Below, piece by piece: positions 61,735 to 64,000 of a stretch of DNA of 64,000 bases (positions are counted from its first letter, which is position 1; every line of letters begins with the position of its first letter). The translations under genes and the position numbers were made by a program. Source of the DNA: an uncultured Gemmatimonadales bacterium (GTDB lineage: Bacteria; Gemmatimonadota; Gemmatimonadetes; Gemmatimonadales; GWC2-71-9); the NCBI GenBank assembly GCA_963825055.1, contig CAWGSK010000013.1:263172-327171 (forward strand), read 5' to 3'. Under the pieces are notes generated by a model. That model searched no databases. It saw nothing but the letters and a program-made list of their open reading frames with translations, and was not told where the DNA came from.

Positions 61735-62117
61735 AGGCTAGTTTGACATGATGGTTGGTACCCGAATATTCCCGACATAAGCCTTCTGATGAAGGTCTCG
61801 CCGCAGGGGTACGTCTACAGCAGCCCGCCATCTAGCGTTTGTACTCCCAATGCCTCAACCAACTTCCTCGGGTTGCAACAGCCCTTCAACTGGGCATTAC
61901 GGTGTCACACATTAGGCGGCCTCCCCGCGGGCTCTATGACGATAGAGGGCTCGCCGTACCATGCTAGTCATCTCTGACTCAGTGATGGGCCACAGCGGCC
62001 TTTGAAGCGACGGTTTCGCTCGGAGGCAGAGCCAATAGGCCGCTGTTCTGGGGCCACCCGGACAGCCACGAGAGTGGCCCACCACCGAGGTGCCATGCAA
62101 TCCGCGGGTCGGCAAGG

Positions 62118-62981
62118 TCAATGTGCAGCCAATCTCGCCTTGAACAGTTCACGCCGGTATAGAATACCGGCGATTATCTCATCGAGGATTAGCTTGACCC
62201 TTCGTTCAAGTACCTTTCCAGCTGAGTAGTCCGCTGGCGCGAGAAAATCAATGCGCTCTGCCTTTAGCAGGCGCTTACAGGTGTCGATGGACCTCACTGC
62301 ACGCGGCCTGTGTACCGCGACGGCGTACCCGCCGTTCTTCTTAGTCACAGTCATTCCCGGTACATCCGTCATCCCATCTCCGACATAGACAATATTTGCA
62401 AACGGTATCCGGCGCTTATCCTCGGGCATGTACTCGTTGATCGCCGCATCTAGCCCCTTATTTACACGAAAGATGTACTGGGTTTTGATGGTGTCATTCA
62501 CTAGGATGTTGGGGAAGGTCGCACGGTCGTGATGGTCAAAGAAGTACTCCGATGCAAAGATTTTCTTGAAGTGCCCTCTGATGACGATGCCGTCCAAGAG
62601 TTCTTTATTGCCAGCCGAAATAATATAGTTCTCGAGGGTGACCACACCCTCTCCCCTTTCTGCTACATACCCAGCAATGCGATCAAACCAGGTAAGAACT
62701 CCTGGGAAATATTCTATTCGCTTCCCCAGCCGGCGGAGATCATTCCGACTCAGGTGCTCCTCCTGCTCCTCGAGCTTCTTGATGAGAAGTCTCATGTACG
62801 TTAGCATCTCGTCACCGCCCGTCCGCTTAGCCTCGTCCTTGACGGTGCGCCAAAACCTCGAGGGAGGATCTGGAGTTTGGGCAGAACAGTGTACTCCTCG
62901 CATTGGCTGCGGCGTAAGGGTACCGTCGAAATCATAGATCATCGCGATTGTCTTGTGACGGAATTGGCGTCGCTTAACCAT
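62118..62981 (-). CDS. HAD-superfamily hydrolase
   Basis: YDFDGTL, IISAG, K, YVGDGMTD. Confidence 0.87.
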   Translation of the reverse strand: MVKRRQFRHKTIAMIYDFDGTLTPQPMRGVHCSAQTPDPPSRFWRTVKDEAKRTGGDEMLTYMRLLIKKLEEQEEHLSRNDLRRLGKRIEYFPGVLTWFDRIAGYVAERGEGVVTLENYIISAGNKELLDGIVIRGHFKKIFASEYFFDHHDRATFPNILVNDTIKTQYIFRVNKGLDAAINEYMPEDKRRIPFANIVYVGDGMTDVPGMTVTKKNGGYAVAVHRPRAVRSIDTCKRLLKAERIDFLAPADYSAGKVLERRVKLILDEIIAGILYRRELFKARLAAH

Positions 62982-63306
62982 CCGTGAGCCTCGACTTGCG
63001 GCCGGCTAGTGACCGCCTGGTAGGAAGACAGAACTGCGTTCTTCTTCGCTAATGAGTGCCGCCTTACTCCCCCCGACTCAGTCTATCCACCCGAACCTTT
63101 CCCGCCACCCTCTTGTCCCGACAGGGGAAGCTCCAGGCCAGTTCACAGGCCTTTAGGACAATACTAAGTAGTGCCCATGCACGCCGCCCCGCGCCTGCCC
63201 GGGCTGAATGGGTCCCATCCCCGGGGGGAGTACCACAGTCCACTCCCCAGAACGACCAAGTCACCCTGTACGAGGGGACCACAACGGCTGCCTCCTGTCC
63301 CGCCGC

Positions 63307-63502
63307 GTGAAGCTCGAAGAGTGGGTAACCGTCAGCGACGCGGCCAGCATCCTCGAGGTGGACCCGGCTACGGCCCGGAAGTTGGAGCCAGGAGGGAGGG
63401 ACGCCGGTCACCATCCCGAATGACCTGCGCCTCGTTCGACTCAGGGAAGTTCTGAAGCTGGCGGAAGAAAGAGGAACGGCATCCCCGCCTCCAAAGGGAT
63501 AG
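63307..63502 (+). CDS. Small excisionase-like HTH protein (apparent frameshift near 63382)
   Basis: MKLEEWVTVSDAASILEVDPATARK then WSQEG..LRLVRLREVLKLAEE in the +1 frame. Confidence 0.5.
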
Positions 63503-63616
63503 GTACCGGGAGCGAACCGATGACCTCTGGAGGCTGCACACCGGCATAGGAGCCCATGAAGGCCTGCCGCCGTGGGTGCACACCCGCTCGCCAGCGGTGA
63601 GATACAGCCGCAAAGC

Positions 63617-64000
63617 CTATCTAAAGAGCGGCCACTGGCGATGGAATCCGACGCTCAGCGCCGAACGACCATCGGTGAGCCCGCTGGCCAGGTCAATCCG
63701 CACCACACCCAATCCCCTCCCGGCCAGCCCGAGGCGTAGCCCTCCCCCGGCATCGAGATAGAAGCGGTCGCCGGATCCATCCAGGGGTCCGATCACGTCG
63801 GCGCCATCGAGGAAGAGCCCTGCGGCCAGGACAAGCGGCCCGACCCGAAAGACCGGGTGGTCGCCGGCCAGCCCGGCGTGAATAATCGTCCGCCCGGCGT
63901 TCCTGCCCTTGAGAAATCCACCGCTGGTTGCAGGGTGCGCCCGAAGCGGAAGGGCCCAGGCAAGGTCCGTCCCGACAATCGGCCAGGTTCCCGGCGGGGC
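63617..64000 (-). CDS. 3' end of an outer-membrane beta-barrel (Omp85-like) protein, partial
   Basis: Manual translation, open for 127 codons: GLFLDGA..LDAGGGLRLGL..LGVVRIDLASGLTDGRSALSVGFHRQW. Confidence 0.6.
   Translation of the reverse strand, partial: APPGTWPIVGTDLAWALPLRAHPATSGGFLKGRNAGRTIIHAGLAGDHPVFRVGPLVLAAGLFLDGADVIGPLDGSGDRFYLDAGGGLRLGLAGRGLGVVRIDLASGLTDGRSALSVGFHRQWPLFR

Larger units (their letters stand above)
56769..63565. mobile_element. Lower-GC genomic island bounded by a 12-bp direct repeat
   Basis: CCATGAAGGCCT at 56769-56780 and 63554-63565; visibly more AT-rich; defence-type cargo; none of the host heptamer repeats inside. Confidence 0.65.

Noticed and set aside
59327..62117. 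Retron (RT + ATPase + HNH)
   Set aside because: No reverse transcriptase within the island boundaries.
3290..63382. Many frameshifted genes as pseudogenes or programmed frameshifts
   Set aside because: The indels hit important genes (mrdA, rseP) and mostly fall in short homopolymer or GC runs, which is typical of long-read error. Read polishing is needed to confirm.

Overview
GC-rich bacterial chromosome segment. Gene content, gene order and the Ser/Thr kinase style suggest Gemmatimonadota (inference). Bases 1-33.2 kb are minus-strand housekeeping genes: folC, accD, rodA/mrdA/mreDCB, dut, ald, M16 peptidase, pnp, rpsO, rseP-dxr-cdsA-uppS-frr-pyrH-tsf-rpsB-rpsI-rplM, biotin carboxylase genes, rpsA-cmk-aroA-tyrA. 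Bases 33-56.7 kb are accessory genes: kinases, pilin-like gene, ppk2, a diverged ~4.47 kb tandem duplication of a GltD-like/2-oxoacid:ferredoxin oxidoreductase operon, globin, PadR and a serine hydrolase. Bases 56.77-63.57 kb form a visibly lower-GC, defence-like island bounded by a 12-bp direct repeat. It carries a HigA-IrrE fusion with an unknown partner, an ABC-ATPase + HNH pair, a HAD protein and an excisionase-like HTH. Many genes have single-base frameshifts, most likely long-read errors. The most striking unexplained structure is a system of intergenic 7-9-nt tandem repeats, often arranged as inverted arms. Two small antisense genes each sit inside the loop of their own repeat family: a four-helix-bundle/Avd-like gene and a GxxExxY PD-(D/E)xK-like gene. 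Gene-less copies of both families occur elsewhere in the window, and the purine-rich arm consistently follows stop codons on the mRNA strand.
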